Counted from the first letter of the stretch, positions 9,624 to 19,373 are shown. The stretch is 45,015 nt of DNA from Methanotrichaceae archaeon (GCA_963754945.1 CAVWIG010000026.1:1-45015), one strand, 5' to 3'. The notes: generated by a model from the letters alone, not told the origin. Program-made: numbers and translations.

Positions 9624-11035
9624 TCAATAATATTGCCGGATGTATGCATATGCACGATCGAACAGATCTTGGTCGGTGTGCAGCTTGTATTTCAGGAGCG
9701 CCTTTCGGAGTTCTTTCTGAACCAAGCGCTCACCCTGGCTGGTGTGCTGCCAGTCGGGGAAGCGGACCTTCTTAACGATCTCATCAATATCGTTAACGAT
9801 GCGTTCGACGATGATGTGAGTATTCTTGCTCTTGGCTTCAGAGAAAAGCTCAGTAAGCGCTTCCTTAGCCCGGTCACGTTCTTCTTTGGGATCGGTTTCC
9901 TTTTCCGCTTCGACGACTTCTTTTGCGATTTCGAGGATTTCCTTTAGGAACTCAAGGCTAGTGAGGAAGCCCAACTCATGACGTTCCTTAACCTTCTCCA
10001 GACGTTCACCAAGGGCAACGAACTTTGGATTACCGAGATGCTTGCGTAGCCTGGCAACCAGCATGATCTCGATCTTGCGGACCTGTTTCTCCCTGTCAGC
10101 ATCACCAAGGATTTCGTTCAGCACTTGTGCATCGAGGACTAGCGTTTCAAGGTCGTCTCGCACTGATTCAACGTGGACATTCTTGTTGATGAGGTCCACA
10201 GTTTTTGCGCCGAGGGCGTGCCAGAGGAGCTTGCCGTTGCCGCTAGGCGGCTTGACGGACTCATAGACCTGAGTCAACCAGCGGTAGTCCGTCTCATATG
10301 AACTAAGGATCGGATCGGGTGACAACGCCTCCCATATCGTGCCCAGGATGTTGTAATGGTCTGCGAACTTATCCCGCATTTCATTGTTTGGTAGGCACTG
10401 TTGTGCAGCGCTCAGTCCCTCGTAACCGCCAACCGTGCGGTCAACGCCAGCGAAGAAAGCCAGGCACTTTTGCACCTGCACGGGAAGGGATTTGCGCAGA
10501 TCGTCAATGTTGGAAATGACCTTCTGCACGGCCTTTTCGTCAAAGTCAAGCGCTCTGGCTACATCGTCGAATATGCCAATATAATCCACGATCAGACCAT
10601 GCGTTTTCTCCTGGCCGAAGGTGCGGTTGGTTCGGCAGATTGCTTGAAGGAGGTTGTGGTCCTTCATTGGCTTGTCGAGGTACATTACCTGCAAGATAGG
10701 TGCATCGAAGCCTGTGAGCAGTTTACTGGTAACGATCACGAATTGGAGTGGGTCGGCCGGGTCACGGAAACGGTCGAGCAGCTTTTCCTCGGCATCCCTA
10801 TCACGGATATGCTGTTTCCATTCAGTCGGATCGCCCTGTGCAGAAGTCATAACTACGGCGCTGGCCTCAGGGTCGATCAGCTTATCCATTGCCTGCTTAT
10901 AAAGTACGCAGCACTCCCGGTCAAAAACCACCACCTGCGCTTTGAATCCGTAAGGCTCAACTTTCTGATGGAAGTGATTTACGATATGCTTCACTACGGC
11001 GCTGATGCGCTCAGGGTTCTTGACTAGAACTGCAT
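9624..11035 (-). pseudogene. hsdR: Type I restriction enzyme R subunit, C-terminal half only
   Basis: KAQVVVFDRECC, IVTSKLLTGFDAP, MYLDKPMKDHNLLQAICRTNR and GLIVDYIGIF motifs. The frame opens only after a stop near 11077. The nuclease and Walker A/DEAD regions are missing, and no hsdM or hsdS is adjacent. Confidence 0.85.
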
Positions 11036-11104
11036 CTTCGATCTCTGCGGGGTCGAAGACTTTTACCGGAAGACCTACTCAATTATTGCGACCAGCACCA
11101 TGAA

Positions 11105-11437
11105 TAAGAGAGTCGCCTGGCTTAAGGAAGTCACAGAAACGGTTAATAGGTATTTTCCAGATCAGTAGAAAGATGACGATCCTGGCATCGATCGACAAGC
11201 CCGAGAATGGTAGCAACATAGACATACTTGCGGACCGGGTATTGCAATGAGCCAAAAGCCGTGGCCGTGCAACGAGAAGATCAGTATCTACGACTACCAG
11301 ATCTTGCCCTGTATCGACTGCCACAGGTGCAAGAAGGATGACTTCACCGAGCGTCCTGTTGGCTGGGATGGCGGAGATCGATCCAGGCCTGAGGCGATCA
11401 GGCTTAAGGAGATGTAGCAGTCTGCACTGGTATCGGC
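11105..11437 (+). pseudogene. Degenerate copy of the upstream region and 5' half of the flavodoxin-family gene at 12446
   Basis: 27-nt identity of 11130-11156 with 12402-12428. MTILASIDKPENGSNIDILADRVLQ* aligns with MKILALIGSPRKGSNTDILVDRVLQG, and PCIDCHRCKKDD aligns with PCLDCRRCKKDD. Confidence 0.85.
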
Positions 11438-11476
11438 TGTTCGACAAAAATTTATTGGCCTTGATCTATCCCCTCA

Positions 11477-11938
11477 TCATCCTACAACTCTAAATGCACC
11501 CACTTGATCAACTTGGTCCAACCGGTCTTGCAGCTCACCTGTGCTGCTGTCATAATATCCGTATAAATAAAAATCAGCTTGGTAGGGTCCTAGCTCCGCA
11601 TCGTAAGGAATATGCAAACGAGGGCCAACAAACCATGTGGCTTCGCCTGGTTCTGCATATACCGACTCTGGCGGCGCAGTGTACCACCTGCCCGTTCTAT
11701 CCATCACTTCGTAGGAGACCCAAAATTGATGGCCTACATCGCCCGTATTTTTTATCCAGACATGTGCATCCGTCTGATCTTGCCCTCGGTGCCAGTCTCC
11801 AGATGGAAAATCTTGAGAGTCTATCTGGGCCGAGATTGTGCCTGCACTTACAGATTCCATACTAATGTACAGTAGTAGCAAAAGAATGCATGCTAAGACA
11901 ACTTTCATTTCTAAACAACATAAATTTCGATTTGTCAC
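11477..11938 (-). CDS. Secreted hypothetical protein (Ig-like beta fold likely)
   Basis: Hydrophobic signal peptide, VWIKNTGDVGH-type beta-strand pattern, AGGAGG RBS upstream. Confidence 0.7.
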   Translation of the reverse strand: MTNRNLCCLEMKVVLACILLLLLYISMESVSAGTISAQIDSQDFPSGDWHRGQDQTDAHVWIKNTGDVGHQFWVSYEVMDRTGRWYTAPPESVYAEPGEATWFVGPRLHIPYDAELGPYQADFYLYGYYDSSTGELQDRLDQVDQVGAFRVVG

Positions 11939-12234
11939 GATTACATTCCTCCTTATTTTTGATTCTTAATGTAAGTCCGTACCTATACTTAATAAATTTT
12001 TTGCTTTGATATGCATTTCGTTAAGAAGATCTTATTTCGTAGTTACAATTTTGGAAAATATTATCGATTTGATTAGTCTATTGGAAGTTCTTCGCTAAAC
12101 TTTTATTTGTGCCGTATTGCATTACAGGTAATTATTTTGAACATTCCAATCGTTGCTACGCCCCACAATGGTCATATCAATGGCGGGCACATAGCAAGAA
12201 ATACAGCCGCTGGCAGAGCAATCTTGCAAGAAAC

Positions 12235-12351
12235 TGCTGTGTTGCATAAATTTGCTAAAATCGATATGCATCGGAGCATATCAGTAATGATAGGTAAATG
12301 AGCAAAATCGATAGCAATCGACATCGTAGTTCTGAGTTATGCAACACAGCA
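12235..12351. mobile_element. 117-bp MITE with IS903-group-like terminal inverted repeats
   Basis: Perfect 15-bp TIR TGCTGTGTTGCATAA (12235-12249) / TTATGCAACACAGCA (12337-12351), flanked by direct repeat CAAGAAAC (12227-12234 and 12352-12359). Confidence 0.85.
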
Positions 12352-12445
12352 CAAGAAACTTTAAACTTTAAGCACTAAGAGAGTTCGCTTGGCTTAAAGG
12401 CGTCACAGAAACGGTTAATAGGTATTTTTCAAATAAGGTAGAAGT

Positions 12446-12979
12446 ATGAAGATCCTAGCTTTGATCGGCAGCCCCAGAAAGGGGAGCAACACAGACATAC
12501 TGGTGGACCGGGTACTGCAGGGAGCCCAGAGCAGCGGCCACGCAACCGAGAAGATCTACCTCTACGATTACCAGATAATGCCCTGTCTCGACTGCCGCAG
12601 GTGCAAAAAGGACGACCTCACCTGCCACCTGTTGGACGGGATGCCGGAGATCTATCCCAGGTTGGAGGAGGCTGATCTGATCGTCTTGGGCACGCCAGTT
12701 TACTGGTACGGTCCCACGGCGAAGATGAAGCTCCTCATCGACCGGTTGAGACCGTTCATCGCCAGCAGAAAGATAAAAGGCAAAAGGGGCGTTGTCGTAA
12801 TACCGTCGGAGGAAGGGGAATCCTGCTGCGGACCTCTTATGGAGATGTTTCGCATGTCCTTTGAATACTTGGGAATGACTTATGCAGGAAGCATCCTGGC
12901 CAAGGCCTACGAGCGAGGAGAAGTTCGGGATAATGAAGAAGATCTGAAGAGAGCTTACGAGCTGGGAGCGTCTCTGTAG
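12446..12979 (+). CDS. Flavodoxin-family / iron-sulfur flavoprotein (NADPH-dependent FMN reductase family)
   Basis: GSPRKGSNT, CxxCxxC-x5-C, ADLIVLGTPVYWYG and KLLIDR motifs. Confidence 0.9.
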   Translation: MKILALIGSPRKGSNTDILVDRVLQGAQSSGHATEKIYLYDYQIMPCLDCRRCKKDDLTCHLLDGMPEIYPRLEEADLIVLGTPVYWYGPTAKMKLLIDRLRPFIASRKIKGKRGVVVIPSEEGESCCGPLMEMFRMSFEYLGMTYAGSILAKAYERGEVRDNEEDLKRAYELGASL

Positions 12980-13248
12980 TCCTGGAATTTGAGCAATTCG
13001 CCAGGATTTTCCTTAAATTTCGAAATTGATTTGCACATCTTTATCCAATGAGAGTAAATCATAATTTGAAATATTAAATATATTTAAATAATCTGTTTTT
13101 CCAGAACTGCATATCTAGGTAGCTGTGGAGTTGATTCTTTTGTCCATCGGCTCTAAGCTCATAGAGTTTGAAATTTGTCTCCTTTCCCGAAAGCTGCCAT
13201 ATTTATACCACCTTCTCCTTCAGTTGGTAAAAAGGTGACCTAGGCTTG

Positions 13249-14220
13249 ATGGGAATAAACGAATTGGGATTCGAGGTCTTTGAGGAGATGCTGGACTTCG
13301 AGGACGAACTCCAGTTGGAAGTTACTGAGCTAGACAACGGCACAGTGGTTATCGATGCAGGAGTTAAGGCACGTGGCGGACTAGGAGCCGGCCTGTACCT
13401 CAGCCGACTGTGCATGGCAGACCTGGCGGACATCCAGATTACCCCAACGGATATTAAGGGCATTCTGGTTCCAGGCATCCGGGTCGCCACAGACCACCCG
13501 GTAGTTGCCTGCATGGCCTCCCAGTGCGCAATGTGGCAGATCAAGGCCGATAAGTACTTCGCCATGGCCAGCGGTCCAGCCAGGGCGCTTGCGCATAAGA
13601 CCAAAGAGCTGTACGAGAAGATCGGCTTCGAGGAGTTCTCCGACGTCGGGGTCCTTGTCCTTGAGTCTAACAAGCTTCCCGACTCGAAGGTCTCGGCCCA
13701 GATAGCAGAGAAGTGCGGGATAGATCCTGCAGACCTCAGGCTGGCAGTTGCTCCCACAGACTCAATGGCCGGAATGACCCAGGTATCAGCAAGGGTTGTG
13801 GAGACTGGCCTACACAAACTTTTCACAATGGGCTTCGACATAAATACGATCAGGAGCGGCTGGGGCAGGGCACCCATAGCGCCAGTGGTCGGAGACGCCA
13901 CCATGTGCATGGGAGCCTCGAACGACAGCATAATTTATGGTGGAGAAACCTACTACACCCTGGAGTACGAGAACATCGAAGAGCTACAGCAGTACCTGAG
14001 AAGCATGCCCTCCGTTGCGTCGAGAGATTACGGTGCTCCTTTCTACAAGACCTTCAAGGCGGCAGGCTTCGACTTCTTCAAGGTGGACCACAACGTCTTT
14101 GCCCCTGCGAAGGTAGTGGCAAACGAGCTTAAGTCCAGACGAACCTTTGTTTGCGGAAAGGTAAACCCTGAGGTGCTCATGGAGTCTTTCAACCTGGAAA
14201 TTCTGGACGCGTCTGCCTGA
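13249..14220 (+). CDS. mch: Methenyltetrahydromethanopterin cyclohydrolase
   Basis: VIDAGV, ACMASQCAMW, FAMASGPARAL, QVSARVVETGLHK, NDSIIYGG and DFFKVDHNVFAPA motifs. Confidence 0.96.
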   Translation: MGINELGFEVFEEMLDFEDELQLEVTELDNGTVVIDAGVKARGGLGAGLYLSRLCMADLADIQITPTDIKGILVPGIRVATDHPVVACMASQCAMWQIKADKYFAMASGPARALAHKTKELYEKIGFEEFSDVGVLVLESNKLPDSKVSAQIAEKCGIDPADLRLAVAPTDSMAGMTQVSARVVETGLHKLFTMGFDINTIRSGWGRAPIAPVVGDATMCMGASNDSIIYGGETYYTLEYENIEELQQYLRSMPSVASRDYGAPFYKTFKAAGFDFFKVDHNVFAPAKVVANELKSRRTFVCGKVNPEVLMESFNLEILDASA

Positions 14221-14410
14221 TGGCTTGTTTTCCTTCAGAGGCATGCTTTACTACAGGTGAGCTCTGCAACAGGATGCAATATCTTATCGGGTAGAAAGAA
14301 AAGGACAATAACCCTCTCGATCAGACCGTCTATTGGATGAAACAACTTCCAACAGATACTCTGCCGAGTTTACCGAATTTACCTTTTTCCCGGATCGATA
14401 TACCCAAAGG

Positions 14411-14418
14411 TTTTAAAG
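14411..14418 (+). promoter_or_regulatory. Probable TATA box of the marker-14 operon (near-leaderless transcript)
   Basis: TTTTAAAG preceded by a purine-rich BRE-like AAAGG, ending 24 nt before ATG 14442. Confidence 0.5.
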
Positions 14419-14441
14419 TCTCAAATTGCTCTCTAGGCACC

Positions 14442-15962
14442 ATGAGTTTAGGCAGCCTCTTCAAGCACAAGCCCAAGCCAAGGATCGCCGAGAGTCCGCC
14501 CTTCAACTATCTTGAGCTCAAGTCCAAGCCCTATTACATCGTGGCCTCGGTCGAGGTCGGGAACACCACTACAAAGTCTATCTTGACTGCAACGGACATG
14601 ACAACCGGCAGGACCTACGTAGTCAACAAGACTGTGAAGATGACCCGGGACGTGCGGCCTCCAAAGCCGGGAGAGGAGATTTTTGCCAAGACCATCAACG
14701 GCACTGCTCTGACCAAAGAATCCATAGCAGAACTCGTAAGGGACACCCTGATCGAGAGTCATGAAAGGGCCAGGCTGGATATAAAGACGGATCTTCACTT
14801 CGTCGTTCGGTCTACGGGCGTAGTGGCTGAGCTGGACTCGCCCGACCAGGTCGGAGCCTTCATCCAGGCCCTGGCCCAGGGATGTCTGATGGCAGGCGTG
14901 CCTCCCAGGCTCATGACCCCGGCCATGTCAATCTACAACATAATCGACAGGTTCAAGCGCTACACAATGATTGAGAAGGTTGTCTTCAACGGAGCGGTGG
15001 CCGCTGTTTATCCGCCCCAGGGCTCTACAGGCGTAGAGGTGGTAGCCAACGAGATGGAGGGAGAGCTGGCAACTGCCGGCATAAAAGAAGGCAGCAGGTG
15101 GACCGACGTTGACTTCCGAAACCCATGCCTGTCCATGGACTTCGGGACAACCCTGGATGGCAGGATCACCAGTGATGAGCTGCCCTATGCCAGGACCATA
15201 GGCAATCTTCTGGGGCTTGCCGGCGCCATTCCTGACTCTGTTGTCCGGGGAACCGGGTTGGTGGATAGAGAGACAGGAGCCACTCTGGACATCTTTGACT
15301 CTAAATCAAAGAGTGACTACGGCAAAGACGCCAGAGAATACGCTGAGAGCATAGACGAGTACGTGATCATCGAAAAGGTGCCGAAATCTCGCACAAAATA
15401 CGGCCTCGTTCCCGTGAACCCAAGCGCTGCAGAGCAAAACGACGTGGTCCTGATCGGCTGTGACATCGGGGTGAACGGAAGCGACACCGACAAGCTCTCC
15501 GAAATCGGTGGAGAACTGTACAAATCCAAGGGCTTAAAGACATTGTTCGGAACGCTGGACATAGTCAGCTCTCACGTAGCCCGGAGGTTGGTGGAGGTCG
15601 GTATCGAAGAGGGCATCGTGACCGGCAAGACCGCTCTGGGAGTCACAGGCAGAGCGGGCATTAGCGGAAACAAACCCAGCCTGATAATCGAGGAGATCTC
15701 GAAGCTTGGCCTTTACGATGAGCCGGAGAAGAACATAGTCTTCGTGGATGACGGTCTGGCCAGGGGAGCGGCAGTTATGGCTCGGTGCATGAACTCAATG
15801 GGAACTCCCAGGACCCCTCTGGGTGGAGTGAGGCTTGGACGTTGCATCTTGCAGCAAAGAATGGAGTACGAATCCAAGAAAGGATCGGCGCCAATAATAC
15901 AAGCCACGAAGCCCCTTCAAGAGACAAAGTCCTACTTTGCCGAGGGGCATAAACGAGAATAA
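14442..15962 (+). CDS. Methanogenesis marker protein 14
   Basis: YYIVASVEVGNTTTK, MTRDVRPPKPGE, VANEMEGEL, DFGTTLDGRIT and DDGLARGAAVMARCMNSMG. Start placed at MSLGSLF. Confidence 0.9.
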   Translation: MSLGSLFKHKPKPRIAESPPFNYLELKSKPYYIVASVEVGNTTTKSILTATDMTTGRTYVVNKTVKMTRDVRPPKPGEEIFAKTINGTALTKESIAELVRDTLIESHERARLDIKTDLHFVVRSTGVVAELDSPDQVGAFIQALAQGCLMAGVPPRLMTPAMSIYNIIDRFKRYTMIEKVVFNGAVAAVYPPQGSTGVEVVANEMEGELATAGIKEGSRWTDVDFRNPCLSMDFGTTLDGRITSDELPYARTIGNLLGLAGAIPDSVVRGTGLVDRETGATLDIFDSKSKSDYGKDAREYAESIDEYVIIEKVPKSRTKYGLVPVNPSAAEQNDVVLIGCDIGVNGSDTDKLSEIGGELYKSKGLKTLFGTLDIVSSHVARRLVEVGIEEGIVTGKTALGVTGRAGISGNKPSLIIEEISKLGLYDEPEKNIVFVDDGLARGAAVMARCMNSMGTPRTPLGGVRLGRCILQQRMEYESKKGSAPIIQATKPLQETKSYFAEGHKRE

Positions 15963-16669
15963 TGCCCCCAGGAAGATTGCCTCTTAAGCCCTATGAGGGA
16001 AAGGAGATCCCCATCTCGGTCCTGGAGATGATGAGCAGAGAGGAGACGCTGTGGATCTCTAGAGTTGCTATGCCAATAGAGTTTTTTCCACCCTGCATCA
16101 GGAATATTATTCAAAAAACTAAGGGGGAAAAAGGCAGCCACAGGACGGCGGCCATCTTTGCGGCTTTCCTTGGCCAGGCTGGATGGGGAGAGACCGAGGC
16201 AAAGGAGATGTGGTCCAAGGTGGCTAGCGTCGAGGAGAGGATCTTTACAGATTGGTTTGGAAAGATGCACTGCCCCAAGTGCGAAACCCTGAAGAGGGAG
16301 AGCGAGGGCTATCCCGACCTTGGGATCGCTGACCTGGGTTGCTGCCAGCCCGATGAGAAATGTCCTGAATTTGGGGGACCGGTGGAGTATGCCGCTCTGT
16401 TGAAAGTGGAAGAGGACAAATCAAAAGGCACGCTTAAGCACGTCAAGACACTGTACCTCGCTCGCATCTTCGATTGGGCTTCTGGGAAGGAGGGAGAGAT
16501 TGAGCTTTCCGGAGCTGAGAAGGATGAACTAGAGAGCCTGCTGATGAAAAAGACGGAGAACGAGACCCTATTCTACACCTGCACCAAAGTGCGGGGAAGA
16601 CTGCGACCCAAGTTCTCCCTCAAGGTGTCTGAAGGCCCAAAAAGACGGTTTCTCTCTGAGTTCGTATAA
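15962..16669 (+). CDS. Protein with a primase large-subunit (PriL) C-terminal Fe-S-like domain
   Basis: FFPPCIRNII...AAFLGQAGW...CPKCETLK...GCCQPDEKC pattern; no PriL N-terminal domain; TAATG coupling to marker 14. Confidence 0.6.
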   Translation: MPPGRLPLKPYEGKEIPISVLEMMSREETLWISRVAMPIEFFPPCIRNIIQKTKGEKGSHRTAAIFAAFLGQAGWGETEAKEMWSKVASVEERIFTDWFGKMHCPKCETLKRESEGYPDLGIADLGCCQPDEKCPEFGGPVEYAALLKVEEDKSKGTLKHVKTLYLARIFDWASGKEGEIELSGAEKDELESLLMKKTENETLFYTCTKVRGRLRPKFSLKVSEGPKRRFLSEFV

Positions 16670-16918
16670 GCTTTGGAATTCTCACCATTTATTTACCGCA
16701 ATGTTCTCTTTTCTCAGCAGTTAATGGAAAAATTGCCCATATGGCCATATGCTCCCCTGGATGCCGTTTACCGGATCGCAGATAACGGGCGTTTAGAAGA
16801 AATTGGTTTTGCGGTTGAGAGCAGATTTGAGCGCAAGCTATTACTGCGATATTGACCGTATGTGGAGATCCAGGCCTGAGAAATATCCTGAACAGGCCAA
16901 AGAGGGGGAAAGGGAAAA

Positions 16919-17149
16919 ATGACCAAGAAAGCGAAGAAAAATGATGCCATAATGACCGGTATCCTTGTTACCAGGTTCAAGATGGGTTTAATCAGTGTCG
17001 AGGATCTGGAGCATATGGCAGAGGATACGTCCGGATCGGAGAGGTCATCGGCTGCTAAGAAGGTGTTGGAGAGGATTAGAAATTCTGTGAGCACTTCCCC
17101 TCCAATCGAAAACTTCCTGGTGCCTGATCATTCAGATCAGATACCTTGA
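16919..17149 (+). CDS. Small hypothetical protein
   Basis: 76 aa, purine-rich RBS-like region upstream, plausible helical composition. Confidence 0.55.
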   Translation: MTKKAKKNDAIMTGILVTRFKMGLISVEDLEHMAEDTSGSERSSAAKKVLERIRNSVSTSPPIENFLVPDHSDQIP

Positions 17150-17535
17150 TGGACCGGCTTACAGATCTGGCAACGTCTCTGTGCCACTTTTTACAATAGA
17201 CTTCCAAGATCCTATCGGCCATCTTTCCGGGCTCTCTTGAGCTTATTGATTTGCACTTCTGGCCTCGAACCGTAAACCTTGATTCCTCGCTCCCAATCGT
17301 AATATCTCCTTGGCCTTGTTGGCTGCGAGCCTCGAATTTTGCACGGCGTCCGTTTGAGGACCGACCCAACACCTCCAAGAAGCGGCCCAATGTGCTCGCC
17401 CTTTCTAGGCGAAAAAGTTAAGAGCATAATTATTCATGTATGGGCTTAGCGAGCCATTGGCGGATACCCATAACGAAGGACCGCCGGATGAAACAAAGCT
17501 TCATATCCTGAATTGGCCTATAAAACTCACTTGGA

Positions 17536-18063
17536 GTGGGAAGATTGGAGTATAGTAGATTAATGTTAATCATTGCGGGACTTATCTGTCTCGTGTTTCA
17601 AGTGCACTCTCAAGGCGATAACTTTGTGACCGTCGACCCTGCTATAAGTGAAATGGAAAAGTCATTGGACACGCCAAGACCAGCGGTCGCTACAGGATCT
17701 GAGGCGGCTATGCCCAGTTCAGGACACGCAGCAAGCGTCCCCTTACAAAACCTAACTGGCGGCTGGCATCTTGAGCTGATGAACGGCGAGAACATCGACC
17801 TGGTCCTGTCCCAATCAGGTAGCGTGGTCTTTGGCCGCGGCAACATAACATCAGGAAATAACTCTCAAGAGGCGACAGCCAACGGCTTCATCTCAGGAAA
17901 CGTGTTAGGGATTAATGTAGTTCCAGTGGACGGCGCAGAGCTTTACTCGTTATCCTTGGACTTGAGCGGCCAGACACCTGCGAAAACATACAGCATATTC
18001 AGCGCCAACATTGCAACCTCTTCGGGTACTGTAAGAAGGGTCAGCTATACGACAGGATTGTAG
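17536..18063 (+). CDS. Secreted hypothetical protein
   Basis: Signal peptide, low-complexity linker, beta-rich domain (NLTGGWHLEL...LVLSQSGSVVFGRG). Confidence 0.75.
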   Translation: MGRLEYSRLMLIIAGLICLVFQVHSQGDNFVTVDPAISEMEKSLDTPRPAVATGSEAAMPSSGHAASVPLQNLTGGWHLELMNGENIDLVLSQSGSVVFGRGNITSGNNSQEATANGFISGNVLGINVVPVDGAELYSLSLDLSGQTPAKTYSIFSANIATSSGTVRRVSYTTGL

Positions 18064-18165
18064 GAGAAGCAATTCACCTATGAGTGCTGACGTGGGTATC
18101 GGATGGTATGGGAAAATAAGTACACAGACCCTAATAAGCAAAAAAAATGAAAAAATAAGTATGCC

Positions 18166-18804
18166 CTAATAGTAGCCGGAGGAGCTGGTTTGCTGTGGCA
18201 TCTGGGCCGGTGGCATCGATGATGCTGGCGGCATTCCGGATGCTTGAGGCTGTGTTTGACCCGTAGCCACATGAATGGATGTCAATATGCCTTCTGTCAC
18301 ATCTTGGGGATAAGTCGATGTTATGTCAACGAGCTTTGTGGCTGCTGAGATTGGGCCGCACTGACAATTATTGCTGTCCAGCCAGTACTGAGCGTGGTAG
18401 AACATAAGCCCTGGAGGCATACTGCTCATGCTGGTGAAGGGTCCACCAGAGATCGAGTAACCGTTCTTGCCGTCTATGACCCGTGCAACTGGGGCGGTGG
18501 CGTTGATCCCTCTTAGGGCCATGCGAAGAGCTGTATTTTCCTCGTTCGACTGCCGTGTAGAGTCAGTGAGGTTCTTGTACTCGGTTATGCTAATTGATGC
18601 ACCAGTTGCATTATCCGTTGCAATCACAATTGGATAAATCGTTGCAAAAGGATACACCCCAGGATTAGGTGTTGTAACCTGGTAATTCATATTCGTGTTC
18701 ACATTAAACGACACTGCATAGGGCCCGACCTGACGCGTCTCAGTGGCAGCAAAGGCCAAGGAAGACAGCATCAACGCTCCGATTATTGCAATCAATATTC
18801 TCAT
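18166..18804 (-). CDS. Secreted hypothetical protein with a Gln/Pro/Ser-rich tail
   Basis: Signal peptide ending SLAFA, GAGGTGA RBS, MPPA repeats, ends SSSGYY. Confidence 0.8.
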   Translation of the reverse strand: MRILIAIIGALMLSSLAFAATETRQVGPYAVSFNVNTNMNYQVTTPNPGVYPFATIYPIVIATDNATGASISITEYKNLTDSTRQSNEENTALRMALRGINATAPVARVIDGKNGYSISGGPFTSMSSMPPGLMFYHAQYWLDSNNCQCGPISAATKLVDITSTYPQDVTEGILTSIHVATGQTQPQASGMPPASSMPPAQMPQQTSSSGYY

Positions 18805-19001
18805 TGAAATTTCACCTCAAGTTATATTGATATTTCTTCCTAGAAAAGTTTTGCTCTGATACACAACCGTTCTAACAGCTTGCTTTTATCTTGGCATACT
18901 ATAGATCGGTACTTAATAAAAATGTTTGCCTAGTAGCAGGAACTACAAGAAAAGATAGTTTTAAATTTCTTAATGTGTATTGTATATGTGGTGAAAAGTT
19001 T

Positions 19002-19340
19002 ATAACAAGGCTTTGGTATTTATCCATCCTCGCTCTAAGCCTCATGATGGGATGCGCTTTCGGTCAGGACCTTTGGGACCTTGGATCTCCACAAGATTGG
19101 CTCAGCATCGGACCGATCTATTATACCAGTTCATACTACTATTATCCGAGCTACATGAGCTATACACCAGTCTACTATACGAGTTACTACCCGATGTACT
19201 ATCCGATGTATAATACGTACTACTATCCCAAAAATTACCCTACGTATTATTCGTCCTATTATCCTCGATACTACAACAACTTCGAACAATTCCCGCTAGG
19301 GACATTTGGTCTATATCATGGAGGCAACCCGCCAATCTAA
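19002..19340 (+). CDS. Secreted tyrosine-rich low-complexity protein; start uncertain
   Basis: Part of ORF 18891..19340. Signal peptide RLWYLSILALSLMMGCAFG, then a tract with about 25 Tyr in about 52 residues. GGTGA RBS precedes an in-frame ATA at 19002. Confidence 0.7.
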   Translation: MTRLWYLSILALSLMMGCAFGQDLWDLGSPQDWLSIGPIYYTSSYYYYPSYMSYTPVYYTSYYPMYYPMYNTYYYPKNYPTYYSSYYPRYYNNFEQFPLGTFGLYHGGNPPI

Positions 19341-19373
19341 GCGTGGACGGCTACTACATGCTATCTTTCGTTA

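Noticed and set aside
9624-11035. Functional type I restriction-modification defence system
   Set aside because: Only the C-terminal half of HsdR is present, without hsdM or hsdS.
13203-13931. Long antisense ORFs (also 10401-11027, 26631-27425, 29718-30338, 42288-43136)
   Set aside because: Shadow frames opposite well-supported GC-rich genes, with no motifs of their own.
17076-17390. 104-aa minus-strand ORF
   Set aside because: No recognisable motif or RBS, and it overlaps the convergent small gene, so it cannot be supported.
17439-17485. Possible H-type pseudoknot (TATGGG/CCCATA and GGCGG/CCGCC)
   Set aside because: The stems are only 5-6 bp, as expected by chance, and match no RNA family I recognise.
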